DNA of 64,000 bases from Acidimicrobiia bacterium (GCA_022825005.1 JAJDYU010000024.1:634-64633), one strand, 5' to 3'; positions 29,645 through 39,506 are shown, counted from the first letter of the stretch. Translations and numbers: made by a program. The notes: generated from the letters alone by a model not told the origin.

Positions 29645-30832
29645 GTGATGGAGTCAACCTTGAGCGGCCGCCATCCGGCGTTGGTTTGGGCCGAGTCGGG
29701 CCTGATGGGCCTGAGCGGACCCGAGCACGGGCCTCCGGCGGTGGCCTCGGGGCGCTGGGTGGAGCGGCTCGACGGCGTGGTTAGCGACATTGCGGGGCTG
29801 CGCGGCCAGCCGCTGAGGAGCGACGCCGCAGGTTTCCTAGGAGAGCGGGCGGCACTGGTGGGCCGTGGTCGAAGGGGCTCGGTGTCGGTGGGGGGCGCAT
29901 GCCGCATGGTGGCGGCAGCCGACGGCGTGTTGGCGGTGTCGCTGGCCCGGACCAGTGACACCGAAGCGGTCCCCGCCTGGTTGGAGGTCGATGATCCGGG
30001 TGGGAGCGATGTGTGGGCCGTCGTGGCCACGGAGGTGCGGGACAAGCCGATGGCCGAACTGTTGGAGCGGGCCGAATGGCTGGGCTTGGCGGTGGGAGAG
30101 GCCACCCGACCTTCGCCACCGGCCAAATCCTGTTCGTTCACTGATGTCGGATCGGCGGAATCAGGCTGCAAGAAGGTGCTGGACGTGAGCTCGCTTTGGG
30201 CCGGGCCGCTGTGCGCCTCGCTGCTGGGCGGCTTCGGATTCGAAGTGCTGAAGGTAGAGGCACCAGGCCGACCCGACGGCGCCCGATATGGCTCGCCAGC
30301 GTTCTACGAGCGGTTGAACCAGGGCAAGCAGGAAACGGTCGTCGACCTGGGGTCCGAGGACGGACGCCGCCGGTTCCAGGATCTGTGCCGGGAATCGGCC
30401 GTGGTGGTGGACGGCTTGCGGCCCCGGGTGTGGGCCAACTGGGGTTTCCACCCCCTGGAGGTGGCCGAGAGCGCCGGGCTCGTGTGGGTGTCGATCTCCG
30501 GCCACGGCGACAACCGAGCCGGTTTCGGCGACGACGCCGCGGTGAGCGGGGGCCTTTGGCTACAAGACCCGGCTGGAGGACTGCCCTGGTTCGTCGGCGA
30601 CGCGGCCGCTGACCCAATCGCCGGTTTGGTGGCGTGCCGAGCCGCAGCCGAGGCCCTGGCCGCAGGTCGGGCGGGACTAGTAGAAGTGGCCATGAGCCAA
30701 GCGGCGAGTTGGGTCAGAGCGGGCGACGACCTGAGCGTGGGCAATGCCGAACTGATCCGACAAGGCGACAATTGGGTTGTGCACGCCGACGGCGACGAAC
30801 AGGAAGTACTGGCCCCCCGAGGCGCGGCCTGA
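29645..30832 (+). CDS. CoA-transferase family III (CaiB-like, short form)
   Basis: VLDVSSLWAGPLC, KVEAPGRPDGAR, GFGDDAA, GDAAADP. Confidence 0.85.
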   Translation: MMESTLSGRHPALVWAESGLMGLSGPEHGPPAVASGRWVERLDGVVSDIAGLRGQPLRSDAAGFLGERAALVGRGRRGSVSVGGACRMVAAADGVLAVSLARTSDTEAVPAWLEVDDPGGSDVWAVVATEVRDKPMAELLERAEWLGLAVGEATRPSPPAKSCSFTDVGSAESGCKKVLDVSSLWAGPLCASLLGGFGFEVLKVEAPGRPDGARYGSPAFYERLNQGKQETVVDLGSEDGRRRFQDLCRESAVVVDGLRPRVWANWGFHPLEVAESAGLVWVSISGHGDNRAGFGDDAAVSGGLWLQDPAGGLPWFVGDAAADPIAGLVACRAAAEALAAGRAGLVEVAMSQAASWVRAGDDLSVGNAELIRQGDNWVVHADGDEQEVLAPRGAA

Positions 30833-30851
30833 TCGTGGGTTACCCGCCGGA

Positions 30852-31238
30852 CTACGCAGCCTTGACGTCGGTCAGTGCGAAATCGTTGCCCTTGAACAGA
30901 AGTGGTTCCCGAGTCTCCTTGGCCAGGGCGTAGGAAAAACAGTCGCCGAAGTTCAGGGCCGCGGGGTGGTTGCCCTTCCCGAACAGCCGCCAGGCGCGGC
31001 GAGCGGCTTGGGCATGCTCAGGCGTGACCGCTACGAGCAGTATTGGAACCTCTTCGATGAAGAGGTCGAGTTCATGGCCACCGGCGATACCGGTACGAGC
31101 TTCCAGCACCATGGAGGTCTCAAAGAAATTCGCAACCGACATGAGGCAGCGCTCGGCACCCGCAATCGCTCTCCTATAGTCCTCGGCGTCGGGCTCCTCG
31201 AAGAGGATGGCCAGGAGGGCCGACGTGTCCAGAATCAC
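30852..31238 (-). CDS. vapC: VapC PIN-domain toxin
   Basis: MILDTSALLAIL, FGKGNHPAALNFGDCFSYALAK, LLFKGNDF. Confidence 0.95.
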   Translation of the reverse strand: MILDTSALLAILFEEPDAEDYRRAIAGAERCLMSVANFFETSMVLEARTGIAGGHELDLFIEEVPILLVAVTPEHAQAARRAWRLFGKGNHPAALNFGDCFSYALAKETREPLLFKGNDFALTDVKAA

Positions 31239-31492
31239 TTCGGCAGTCCATGCTCGTCATACAAGAAGCCGCCGTGTTCCACTGCTGATGGTCCCGGACG
31301 AAGAAGCTTGGAACAGCGCTCCGCAATGGCCTCCATCGCTTGCATGCGTTCTTCAACACTGCGGCTGCGCTGTTCGCGTTCGAGGCGTTCTCGCAGGGCC
31401 ACCGTGATGGCGCCGGTCATGGTTTCGCCGGTGAGATTGGCCAACTCGCTGGCCAGTCGGCACGTCTCTTCATTCTTGATATTGAGACTCAT
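31235..31492 (-). CDS. vapB: VapB antitoxin (Rv0623-like)
   Basis: MSLNIKNEETCRLA...LYDEHGLPK; 4-bp overlap with vapC. Confidence 0.93.
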   Translation of the reverse strand: MSLNIKNEETCRLASELANLTGETMTGAITVALRERLEREQRSRSVEERMQAMEAIAERCSKLLRPGPSAVEHGGFLYDEHGLPK

Positions 31493-31504
31493 TGAAATTC
31501 TCTC

Positions 31505-31534
31505 ATGGTAGAACTGAATTTATTTTTCTACCAT
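31505..31534. promoter_or_regulatory. Inverted repeat, probable VapBC autorepression operator
   Basis: ATGGTAGAA-N12-TTCTACCAT just upstream of vapB. Confidence 0.65.
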
Positions 31535-31573
31535 ACACCGCCAATGCGCCCCTCCAAACGGTAGGTTGAGGTT

Positions 31574-32299
31574 GTGTTTGCAAGAAAGCCCAGTGGTTCG
31601 GGGCATTTGGGCGAGGGGCATCACCGCAATGTGACCCGGGGCGGGTATCGGGCGGCGGTGTTTGGGGTGAGCGATGGTCTGGTGTCCAACGTGGCGATCA
31701 TCTTGGGATTTGCCGGGGGCACGTCGGGACAAGGGCTCGTACAGCTGGTCGGGATCGCAGGCCTCATAGGGGGGGCAATTTCGATGGGCGCCGGAGAGTA
31801 CCTGTCCATGCAGGCCCAAAGGGAGCTGTTGGAACGGGAGCTGGATATGGAGCGCCGGGAGCACACCCACAATCCACAGCACGAAGTTGAGGAGCTGGCC
31901 GAAATATACGAATCCCGGGGCGTAGACCCCGATATGGCCCGGGAGATGGCCACCAACATCATGGATGACCCTGAGAAGGCTCTGGAGGTCCACGCCCGAG
32001 AAGAGATGGGTATCGATCCCAACGAGTTGGGCAACCCGCTCTTTGCGGCCATGTCCTCGTTCATATCCTTCGCTCTTGGCGCTCTTCTGCCGCTGTTGCC
32101 TTGGTTCTTCACCGGCGGTAACGGTGCAATCGTGGCATCGGTTATCCTCGGTGCAGTCGGAGCCGTGATGGTGGGCGGTGCACTGGCGCTGGCCACTAGC
32201 CGGTCGATCCTGCGGGGCGCGCTACGCCACCTGCTCTTCGTCGCTGTGGCCGCAGGGGTCACATTTGGAATCGGCTCCGCAGTGGGGGTGGGAGTATGA
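31574..32299 (+). CDS. VIT1/CCC1-family iron/manganese transporter
   Basis: RAAVFGVSDGLVSN, SMGAGEYLS, HAREEMGIDP. Confidence 0.93.
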   Translation: MFARKPSGSGHLGEGHHRNVTRGGYRAAVFGVSDGLVSNVAIILGFAGGTSGQGLVQLVGIAGLIGGAISMGAGEYLSMQAQRELLERELDMERREHTHNPQHEVEELAEIYESRGVDPDMAREMATNIMDDPEKALEVHAREEMGIDPNELGNPLFAAMSSFISFALGALLPLLPWFFTGGNGAIVASVILGAVGAVMVGGALALATSRSILRGALRHLLFVAVAAGVTFGIGSAVGVGV

Positions 32300-33165
32300 C
32301 TGATTGGGAATGGACTTTGGGCGGCCTCGAGAGCGATAAGCCTCCTATTTGGAGCGATGACAACATCCTGGATCCGTCCAGCGTGCTGCTCACAAACAAG
32401 GTAGCCATCGTTACCGGGGGCGCACGGGGCATCGGAGCGGCCACCGCGGTGGCGCTGGCTCGCTTCGGAGCCGATCTGGCCATTTGCGACCGGGAGGCCG
32501 ACGACATGGCCCGCACTGCCGCCGCGGTGGAGGCGCTGGGTCGCCGCTGTGTGACCGGGCTGTTCGACGTGCGCCATCCCGAGCCCCGAGACGCCTGGCT
32601 GGCCGAGGTGGGCGAGGCCTACGGCCGGGTGGACGTGCTGGTGAACAACGCCGGGGGCACGTTCAACTCTCCGTTTGCCGACATCAACCCCAAAGGCGAA
32701 GCCGCGCTCATCGCCGAGAACTTCACCCAGGTCACCGGCTTCATCCGGGGCTGTATTCCGCTGATGAGCGACGGCGGGTCGATCATCAACGTCACCTCCA
32801 TCGAGGCCCATCGGGCCGGTCCCGGCTTCTCCATCTACTCGGCGATGAAGGCGGCCCAGGCCAACCTGACCATGAGCCTGTCGCTGGAGTTGGCGCCGGC
32901 CGGCATCCGGGTCAACTGCATTGCCCCAGATGTGATCCCCACCGAGGGCGAGCGCATGCTCGGCGACGAGAGCACCGACGAGAGATCGCAGTTGGCCCCC
33001 CAGCCGTGGTTGGAGGGCGGCTCGGTTCACGACTGCGCCGCCTCGATCGTGTATCTGGCCGGGGACATGTCCCGATTTGTGACCGGCTCCACCATCCATG
33101 TGGACGGCGGCAACATTGGCGCTGCCGGCTGGAAGCGCCGCACTACTGGCCGCTATTCCACTTAG
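32296..33165 (+). CDS. SDR-family oxidoreductase
   Basis: TGGARGIG, NNAGG, YSAMK. Confidence 0.92.
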   Translation: MTDWEWTLGGLESDKPPIWSDDNILDPSSVLLTNKVAIVTGGARGIGAATAVALARFGADLAICDREADDMARTAAAVEALGRRCVTGLFDVRHPEPRDAWLAEVGEAYGRVDVLVNNAGGTFNSPFADINPKGEAALIAENFTQVTGFIRGCIPLMSDGGSIINVTSIEAHRAGPGFSIYSAMKAAQANLTMSLSLELAPAGIRVNCIAPDVIPTEGERMLGDESTDERSQLAPQPWLEGGSVHDCAASIVYLAGDMSRFVTGSTIHVDGGNIGAAGWKRRTTGRYST

Positions 33166-33213
33166 CCCAACCGCCTAGAGTTCCAGCCGGTACATCACCG
33201 CGAAGGAACTGAC

Positions 33214-34281
33214 ATGGACATCGACATTGAGCGGGTAACCGAGATAGCTGGGGAGGTGGCCACCCACATGGCCGGGGCCACCACCATGGCCATGGTCCAC
33301 ATCGGCGACGAGCTGGGCCTGTATCAGGCCATGGCGGGGGCGGGGCCGATGACCGCGGACGCTCTGGCCGAAGCTACCGGCTGCAATCCCCGCCTGGTCA
33401 CCGAGTGGCTGCGCCAGCAGGCCGCCGTCGAGTTGGTGGAGATCGACGGTCAGGGCGACGATGATGTCACGTTCAAGCTCTCCGATGAGGCCGCCGCGGT
33501 GCTGGCCTGGGAGGTGAGTCCCGCATTCTTGGCCGGGGGCATCGGCATGTTCCGGGCCATGTTCGCCGACATGGACGACATCCTCAACGCCTTCCGGGGC
33601 GACGGCGGTTTGGCCTGGGGCGAGCACCATCCCAGCCTGTTCACCTCCACCGCCCGGTTCTTCCGGCCTCAGTACGAGATGTACCTGGCCAACGAGTGGA
33701 TCCCCGCCGCCGATGGCATCGACGAACTGCTCAAGGCCGGGGCTACCGCCGCCGACGTGGGCTGCGGCTGCGGCGACTCGGTGCAGATCCTGGCCTCGGC
33801 CTACCCCGAGTCGCACTTCACCGGGTTCGACTTCCACGGCCCCTCCATCGACCAGGCCAGAGAACTGGCCGCCAACGCCGGGCTGACCAACGCATCCTTC
33901 GAAGTGGCCGACTCCAAGGGCTACCAGGGCGCCTACGACGTGATCTTCTTCCTCGACTGTCTGCACGACATGGGCGACCCGGTGGGAATCGCCGCCCACG
34001 CCCGCAACCAGCTGGCCGAGGGCGGCTCGGTGCTCATGGTGGAGCCGTTCGCCCTCGACGGCCACGTCCGCAACCTGACCGAGAACCCCATGGCCGCCAC
34101 CTCATATGGGGCGTCGGCCGTGTTTTGAGTCCCGTGTTCTTTGGCCCAGCCGGTCGGTCTGGGAATGGGTGCACAAGCCGGCGAAGCCGCCATGCGAGAG
34201 GTCTTCGCCGCCGCCGGCTACTCCAGCTTCGAGCGAGTCACCGAGTCCAACGCCAACATCATCTACCAAGCCCGCCCGTAG
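33214..34281 (+). CDS. Winged-helix + class I SAM methyltransferase (Rv2258c-like), probable selenoprotein (UGA at codon 305; 355 aa)
   Basis: DVGCGCG, FLDCLHDMGDP; in-frame TGA 34126-34128 followed by 50 codons of family-typical C-terminus ending at TAG 34279-34281. Confidence 0.85.
34145..34163 (+). promoter_or_regulatory. Bacterial SECIS-like hairpin
   Basis: CCCAG-CC-[GGTC]-GG-(T bulge)-CTGGG; loop begins after a 23-nt spacer from the UGA. Confidence 0.7.
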
Positions 34282-34949
34282 TTTTGAAGTGCCACTGCCA
34301 GACCAAGAAATGGCCTCTGAACTCGGAAACGTCTGAGAGTTAGAGTTGCGTTATTACTTTGAGTAACGCTCCAGAACTCGGTGCCCGAGCAGCATCGCCT
34401 GGATGCCGCCCTTGATCTGCCCCAGGAGCAGGGGGTCGTTGAGGCGTGGGTAGTGACGGCAGGGTGCAGGCGCGCGCAGTGCTGCGGGCTATCGCGTCAG
34501 CTGTCGGCCCGAGACGCGATGGGCCGGAGAACGCACCGTAGTCCAGCAGCATCCGGATGTCCTCGGCGTCTATGGCCGCGATGGCCCAGAAAACTCGCGG
34601 AATCGCAGAGCTCGGGACTTCGGCGAAGATCCTCCAGTGGCGATCGGAGGCTTCGTCCTAAATCTCGGTCATTGCCCGTATCCTCTCCGGTCCGCCCTGA
34701 TTCCCACCGTCATCGCACGCATCGTTGATCACGTCGCCAATCTCACGTTGGCGTGAAGCGGGCTGAGCTCGTCGGCGGAGACGTCCGCGCAGCGGAGCGC
34801 AATTCCGCGGTGGTCCCATCATGGGCCGAGCGCGGTGATGGGGGCGAAGCGACTCGAACAGAGCACCGAAGGCCTTGGGGTCCGATAGCAGGCGCTCGTG
34901 GGTGGCTCACATCATGCCGACGGCCAAAGAGGGGTCTACGAAGTGCCGC

Positions 34950-35385
34950 TTGGCCTCCTTCCGAAGAGTTGCCTTCTAACATCTTCTTCAGCGACGCCGC
35001 TCCGTTCGATTCCCCCGTCTCCCACAGCGAGAACGGCCGCAGCAGCACCCGGCCGATGCGGCCGGTACCCGTATGGCGGGTCACGTCGTCTTGTGGGACG
35101 GCCGAGCCGGTGAGGATGAATTGGCCGGGCCCGGGACGGTCATTACACTCCCGGCGCACCCTGCTCCACAGACGCGGAGCGTTCTGCCATTCGTCCAGCA
35201 GCCGAGGAGTGGGGCCCTTCAGCACCTCTGCAGGATCAGACGACGACAGCAGCGCGGCCTCGTCGTCCAGTCGGACCTCGCTGCGGGCAAAATTCCGCGC
35301 CTTCCAGGTCTAGCCGCATCCCCGAACGCCTTCCACAAGCACCGCGCCCCGCCTCCCCAAAGTGTTCTCGACCTCGCGGCCTGCA
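34950..35385 (-). pseudogene. Degraded AAA-family ATPase (AAA_14/DUF4143 type); ends approximate
   Basis: Reads GAVLVEGVRGCG*T (TAG 35310-35312 at the Walker A Lys), then LLDEWQ, QFILTGSA, HTGTGRI; family resemblance lost near 34970. Confidence 0.8.
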
Positions 35386-35395
35386 TTACATCGTC

Positions 35396-36520
35396 TCAAG
35401 CAATCTCGCCGACCGTTATTCGACGAGCCTGGCGCGCGCTGAGTTCGGCCGCGTCGACTACTCGTTGAACCGCCGCACCGGTGTCGAAATCGGGTTCTAC
35501 GCGTCGGCCGTCACGGATGGCGGACACCCAGGCGCGGGCCAGCACATCGGAAGTGCGGAAAACGTCCCGGAACGTCTGGCCCACCGGTGAGCGCGCTGCG
35601 CCGCCCCAGATGTCGGCGGGGATGGGCTGATCCTCGAGTTCGCCACCGTCTCGGGCCGCGAGGACCTGTTGGCGGTCCTTCCAGTCGTTGAGGGCGTGGA
35701 TGGTGCCGTTGCGACCGTGCAGGTCGAACTGGTGGCGCTGTCCGAACTCCGAGTCCTCGTAGCACACGGCCGACACCACGATCACGCCGTGAGCGCCGCT
35801 GCTGAACTCGAGCACGAGGCTGGCACCGTCGTCGCTGGGCTCGTAGTCGATGCGGTCGGGGCGGGGGGCCCTGTCGATTTGACGAGAGGTCACACAGGTG
35901 ACCGCTTCGATCTCCCCGAAGAACCACCGGGCCATGTCGATCCAGTGCGATCCCAGGTCTCCCAGGACTCCCGAAGGACCGGCTAGTTCGGGGTCAAGGC
36001 GCCACAGGTACTCGCCACTGCGGGCGTAGCCGGTCCAGTAGCGCAAGTCGAGCCGGTGAGGGCGCCCGATGAAGTCTTCGTCAAGCAGCCGCTTCACGAA
36101 CCGGGGCACCGGCATGTTGCGGTAGGTGAATGGCACCATGGTTGTCGCGCCGGTCTGCCGGGCCCTGTCGGCCATTTCCTTGGCCTCCGTGTAGGTAGCG
36201 GCTAGCGGCTTCTCGCAAAGCACATGCAGCCCGGCGTCGAGGGCCGCCAGCGTATGGCTGTAGTGAGTGCTGTTGTGAGTGGAGACGATCACCGCGTCTA
36301 CATGGCCGCTGTGGAACATCTCAACAGGGTCGGTGTATTTGTGCTGTATGCCGTGTTTGTCAGCAAAGGCCGCCGTGCGTCGCGTGTCGGAGCCGCAGAT
36401 GGCTACGACAGCCGCGTCGGGCTGGGTTCGTAGGGCCTGCATGTACATCGTATCGGCCCACCACCCGGTCCCGACGATTCCGACTGCAACTGAGGTGCCA
36501 GGTGTGTTCTTGGGGGTCAT
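35396..36520 (-). CDS. Gfo/Idh/MocA-family oxidoreductase
   Basis: GIVGTGWW, HVLCEKPL, GDLGSHWID. Confidence 0.93.
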   Translation of the reverse strand: MTPKNTPGTSVAVGIVGTGWWADTMYMQALRTQPDAAVVAICGSDTRRTAAFADKHGIQHKYTDPVEMFHSGHVDAVIVSTHNSTHYSHTLAALDAGLHVLCEKPLAATYTEAKEMADRARQTGATTMVPFTYRNMPVPRFVKRLLDEDFIGRPHRLDLRYWTGYARSGEYLWRLDPELAGPSGVLGDLGSHWIDMARWFFGEIEAVTCVTSRQIDRAPRPDRIDYEPSDDGASLVLEFSSGAHGVIVVSAVCYEDSEFGQRHQFDLHGRNGTIHALNDWKDRQQVLAARDGGELEDQPIPADIWGGAARSPVGQTFRDVFRTSDVLARAWVSAIRDGRRVEPDFDTGAAVQRVVDAAELSARQARRITVGEIA

Positions 36521-36545
36521 ATCCGCGGTTCGCCGAGTCGTTTTC

Positions 36546-37583
36546 TCAGGCGGCCGGCAGCGGGCGCTGGACATAGTAGGACGGATCCTTCATCTGGCGA
36601 CGCAGCACCGGGATGATCTCGCGTGTGTACACACTGAGAGTGCTGCTGTAGGGCGGGGGGCAGTCGTGCTTGATCTCTTCGTGGAGGTCGCGGAGAGCGT
36701 GGAACGGCACCATCGGATACATGTGGTGTTCAAGGTGGTAGTGCATGTTCCAGTATATGAATCGGAACATCGGGTTCATACGGACGGTGCGCGTATTGAG
36801 TCGGAAGTCGGTCACATCCTCGGCCAGCCCGACGTGCTGCGTCAGGCCCAGATAGAAGATGAACCATGCGCCATACAGCGTCGCGAACGATGTCAGCACC
36901 ACGGGCAGAAGTGTTCCGAGCCAGACCGACAGGGCTATGAGCGCTGCGTGGATAGCCAGAATCTGCCGAGACTGACGGATCATCTCGGGCCACTCAGACT
37001 TGGGGATGAGCAGCTTCTCATCCGCCGCGATGTGTCCGAAGGTGTGGCGCAGCATTCCCCACACCTGGGGAAGGACCATCGGAAGGCCGGTGACGAGGAG
37101 GAACAGATGGGCGAGACGGGGTGGCCGCTCTTCGATGATCTCCCGGTCCCGCCCGACGATGATGGTGTCGGTGTGGTGCCTCGCGTGATCCCAGCGTCGC
37201 ACGACGGGTTCCCGCAATGTCATGAAGCAGCCGATCCAGTAGACGGTCTCGTTCATCCATCGGGTCTTGAATGCCGTACCGTGCCCGGCTTCGTGGCAGC
37301 GTGAGTCGCCGCCCAGAGCCCACAGCATGCCGTAGGGCACCAGGATCACGATCGACCACCAACTCAGCCACGTCAGTATGGCCAGCACCCCCAAACCAGC
37401 GATGAGTACGAGCCAGACGAGCGTGTACACGATGGCCAGTCCGTCCGACCGCCGCATCAGCTCCTTCATCCGTTTCCGGTCGACGGGGCTGCGGTACCAC
37501 TCGGCGTTGGCCAGTCCCGCTTCTGCCGCCAGCCGACCGTCTTCGCCGAGCAGCCCGTAGTCCCGCCTTGCTCGTTTGCCCAT
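36546..37583 (-). CDS. mocD: Membrane di-iron desaturase-family oxygenase, MocD-like (inositol methyl ether demethylase)
   Basis: His boxes HEAGH, HARHH, QH, HLEHH; EWYRSPVDRKRMKELMRRSD; TDTIIVGRDREI. Confidence 0.8.
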   Translation of the reverse strand: MGKRARRDYGLLGEDGRLAAEAGLANAEWYRSPVDRKRMKELMRRSDGLAIVYTLVWLVLIAGLGVLAILTWLSWWSIVILVPYGMLWALGGDSRCHEAGHGTAFKTRWMNETVYWIGCFMTLREPVVRRWDHARHHTDTIIVGRDREIIEERPPRLAHLFLLVTGLPMVLPQVWGMLRHTFGHIAADEKLLIPKSEWPEMIRQSRQILAIHAALIALSVWLGTLLPVVLTSFATLYGAWFIFYLGLTQHVGLAEDVTDFRLNTRTVRMNPMFRFIYWNMHYHLEHHMYPMVPFHALRDLHEEIKHDCPPPYSSTLSVYTREIIPVLRRQMKDPSYYVQRPLPAA

Positions 37584-37594
37584 CTTGCCGTCTT

Positions 37595-38395
37595 TCAGCT
37601 GGCTGAACCTAGGAAGTCGAGGAATCCCGCTAGGACGTCCTCTGACACGCTGACATTGTGCTTCTGCTCGGGGTAGGCACCCGACTCGACATCCGCGATG
37701 AACTCGGCGAACGCCGCGGTCCGCTCGTCCTGCATGCGCTGATATTCGGTTCTGAAATCACGGTACTGCTTCGAGTGCCGGGGAGTCCACCAGTCGGAGT
37801 AACCGAGGATGTCGGTCGAGAATAGGTATTGAGCGTCGCACCCGGCCCCTGCGCCCATTGAGAATAGCAGCAGCGACGTTCGCTTGGAAATCTCGGCGGC
37901 GATCGCTTCGGGCACTACCTCGATCTCGGCGGCGATAGCCCCCGCGTTCTCCAGTTCCTTGACCTGCTGCCAGACCAATCGGGCCGTCTCCAGTGTCTTG
38001 CCTACGGCCTTGAAACCCCCGGTCCAAGTGCGCTTAGACGGGATGAGACCTACATGGCCCACGACGGGAACACCATGATGGGCCAGCTCCTGGATGGTGC
38101 GCGTGCCTGCTGCGCAGTAGCAGCAGTCTCCTCCGATCAGCATCGCACTGTGGGCAGCCCTCAGGTAGTCGTCGGTTGTGGCGTTGAGTCCATAAAGGAG
38201 GCCTACCTGTACGAAGCAGTCGCCCGCGGCCTCCCGCATCTCGGGGTTCCAGATCGGCTCTTCGATCGACAGGAGATCGATTCCAGCTGTGGCGCAGGCT
38301 CGGGCCTCATCAAGGTCCTCGATGTGCACCATGGTCATCTGGCGCACGTGCTTGTTGGCCCTCAGGTCGGCCACGGTCGGGCGGGTTCGGTTCAT
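37595..38395 (-). CDS. Divergent PanB-like ketopantoate hydroxymethyltransferase-family protein
   Basis: VPVVGHVGLIP, EIEVVP, MGAGAGCDAQYL, DILG; lacks the canonical LVGDS segment. Confidence 0.8.
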   Translation of the reverse strand: MNRTRPTVADLRANKHVRQMTMVHIEDLDEARACATAGIDLLSIEEPIWNPEMREAAGDCFVQVGLLYGLNATTDDYLRAAHSAMLIGGDCCYCAAGTRTIQELAHHGVPVVGHVGLIPSKRTWTGGFKAVGKTLETARLVWQQVKELENAGAIAAEIEVVPEAIAAEISKRTSLLLFSMGAGAGCDAQYLFSTDILGYSDWWTPRHSKQYRDFRTEYQRMQDERTAAFAEFIADVESGAYPEQKHNVSVSEDVLAGFLDFLGSAS

Positions 38396-38515
38396 CCGGA
38401 GTCCTTTCCTGGCGGTGGCAGGGTCCGAGGCGACGCCCGCCTCTGTGTCATTCGGCGCGTTTACGCCGACGCAAATTCGCGGGCAGTTTGGTCTATCGGC
38501 CGCGGATTGGCAATT

Positions 38516-38525
38516 TGTATATACA
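38516..38525. promoter_or_regulatory. Palindrome resembling a GntR/HutC-type operator
   Basis: TGTATATACA beside a TTGACA between the divergent panB-like and gntR genes. Confidence 0.55.
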
Positions 38526-38703
38526 TATTGACATCCTACTCTCCTCCAAGTATGTCGTAGGCCGAAGTACGCCAGTCCGTGGGGCTCCCGGAGGGTGGTT
38601 GCCGGGAGTCCCGCGGGTTTGGATGCGGCGCCGAGTAGGCGTTATCTAGCCGAGCGCCCTGACTAAGCCCTTCGCGGAAAACCATGCGGGGTAATATCCC
38701 GGG

Positions 38704-39453
38704 ATGGCTGTGGCTGAGGGCCTCGAAATCCTGGTCGACCGAAACCTACCCGTTCCTCTCTATCACCAACTCGCACGGGAGCTTGAGCGAGCGATTGCCG
38801 ACGGGCGTCTGGTGAGGGGCGCCTTCATCGAGAATGAGATCGCCTTGGCGGAGCGTTGGAACGTCTCGCGCCTGACGCTGCGGCGAGCCATCGGCGAATT
38901 GGTGGAGTCCGGACTGCTGGTTCGCCGCCGAGGAGTAGGGACTCAAGTCGTCAACGACCAGATTCCGCGCCCGCACCGGCTTGGAAGCCACTTCGACGAC
39001 TTGGTGGCTAGGGGCCAGGTGCCAGGCACGACCATCCTGGCTAACGACCGGGTAGTTGCCGACGACTCCGTCGCAGAAGGGCTCGACCTGCCGCCCGGGA
39101 GTCAGGTGGTGTACGTGGAACGTTGCCGTCACGTGGGCGGTCGCCGGTTGGCGATCTTGCGCGACTGGGTCACCGTGTCGGCGTTCGGGAACATCACCAG
39201 CCAGGATCTCATGACTGGAGGCCTCAATCAGCAACTCCGGTTGCGAGGAGTCTGGCCCCATTCGGCGACCCGTCGGGTAACGGCCCAGATCGCGAACCCG
39301 GTCGACGCTTCACTACTTGGACTGGCACCAGGTGCCCCGCTGCTTGCGGTCGAAGCCGTGGTGCAAGACACCTCCGGCACCAGGATCAACGTGTCGCAAC
39401 AGATCTACGACGGCACGGACTACACACTCGAACTCACAGTGGTCGAGGGTTGA
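38704..39453 (+). CDS. GntR/HutC-family regulator with UTRA domain (IolR-like)
   Basis: VPLYHQLA, ENEIALAERWNVSRLTLRRAI, LLVRRRGVGTQV. Confidence 0.9.
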   Translation: MAVAEGLEILVDRNLPVPLYHQLARELERAIADGRLVRGAFIENEIALAERWNVSRLTLRRAIGELVESGLLVRRRGVGTQVVNDQIPRPHRLGSHFDDLVARGQVPGTTILANDRVVADDSVAEGLDLPPGSQVVYVERCRHVGGRRLAILRDWVTVSAFGNITSQDLMTGGLNQQLRLRGVWPHSATRRVTAQIANPVDASLLGLAPGAPLLAVEAVVQDTSGTRINVSQQIYDGTDYTLELTVVEG

Positions 39454-39506
39454 GTATCAGCGCCTCGCCGGCTTGCAAACCGAGAGATGCCTGATCGCCC
39501 GCCCTC

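Noticed and set aside
34348-34369. Palindrome as an integron attC or dif site
   Set aside because: Does not fit the attC core-site layout or the XerC/D consensus; no integrase nearby
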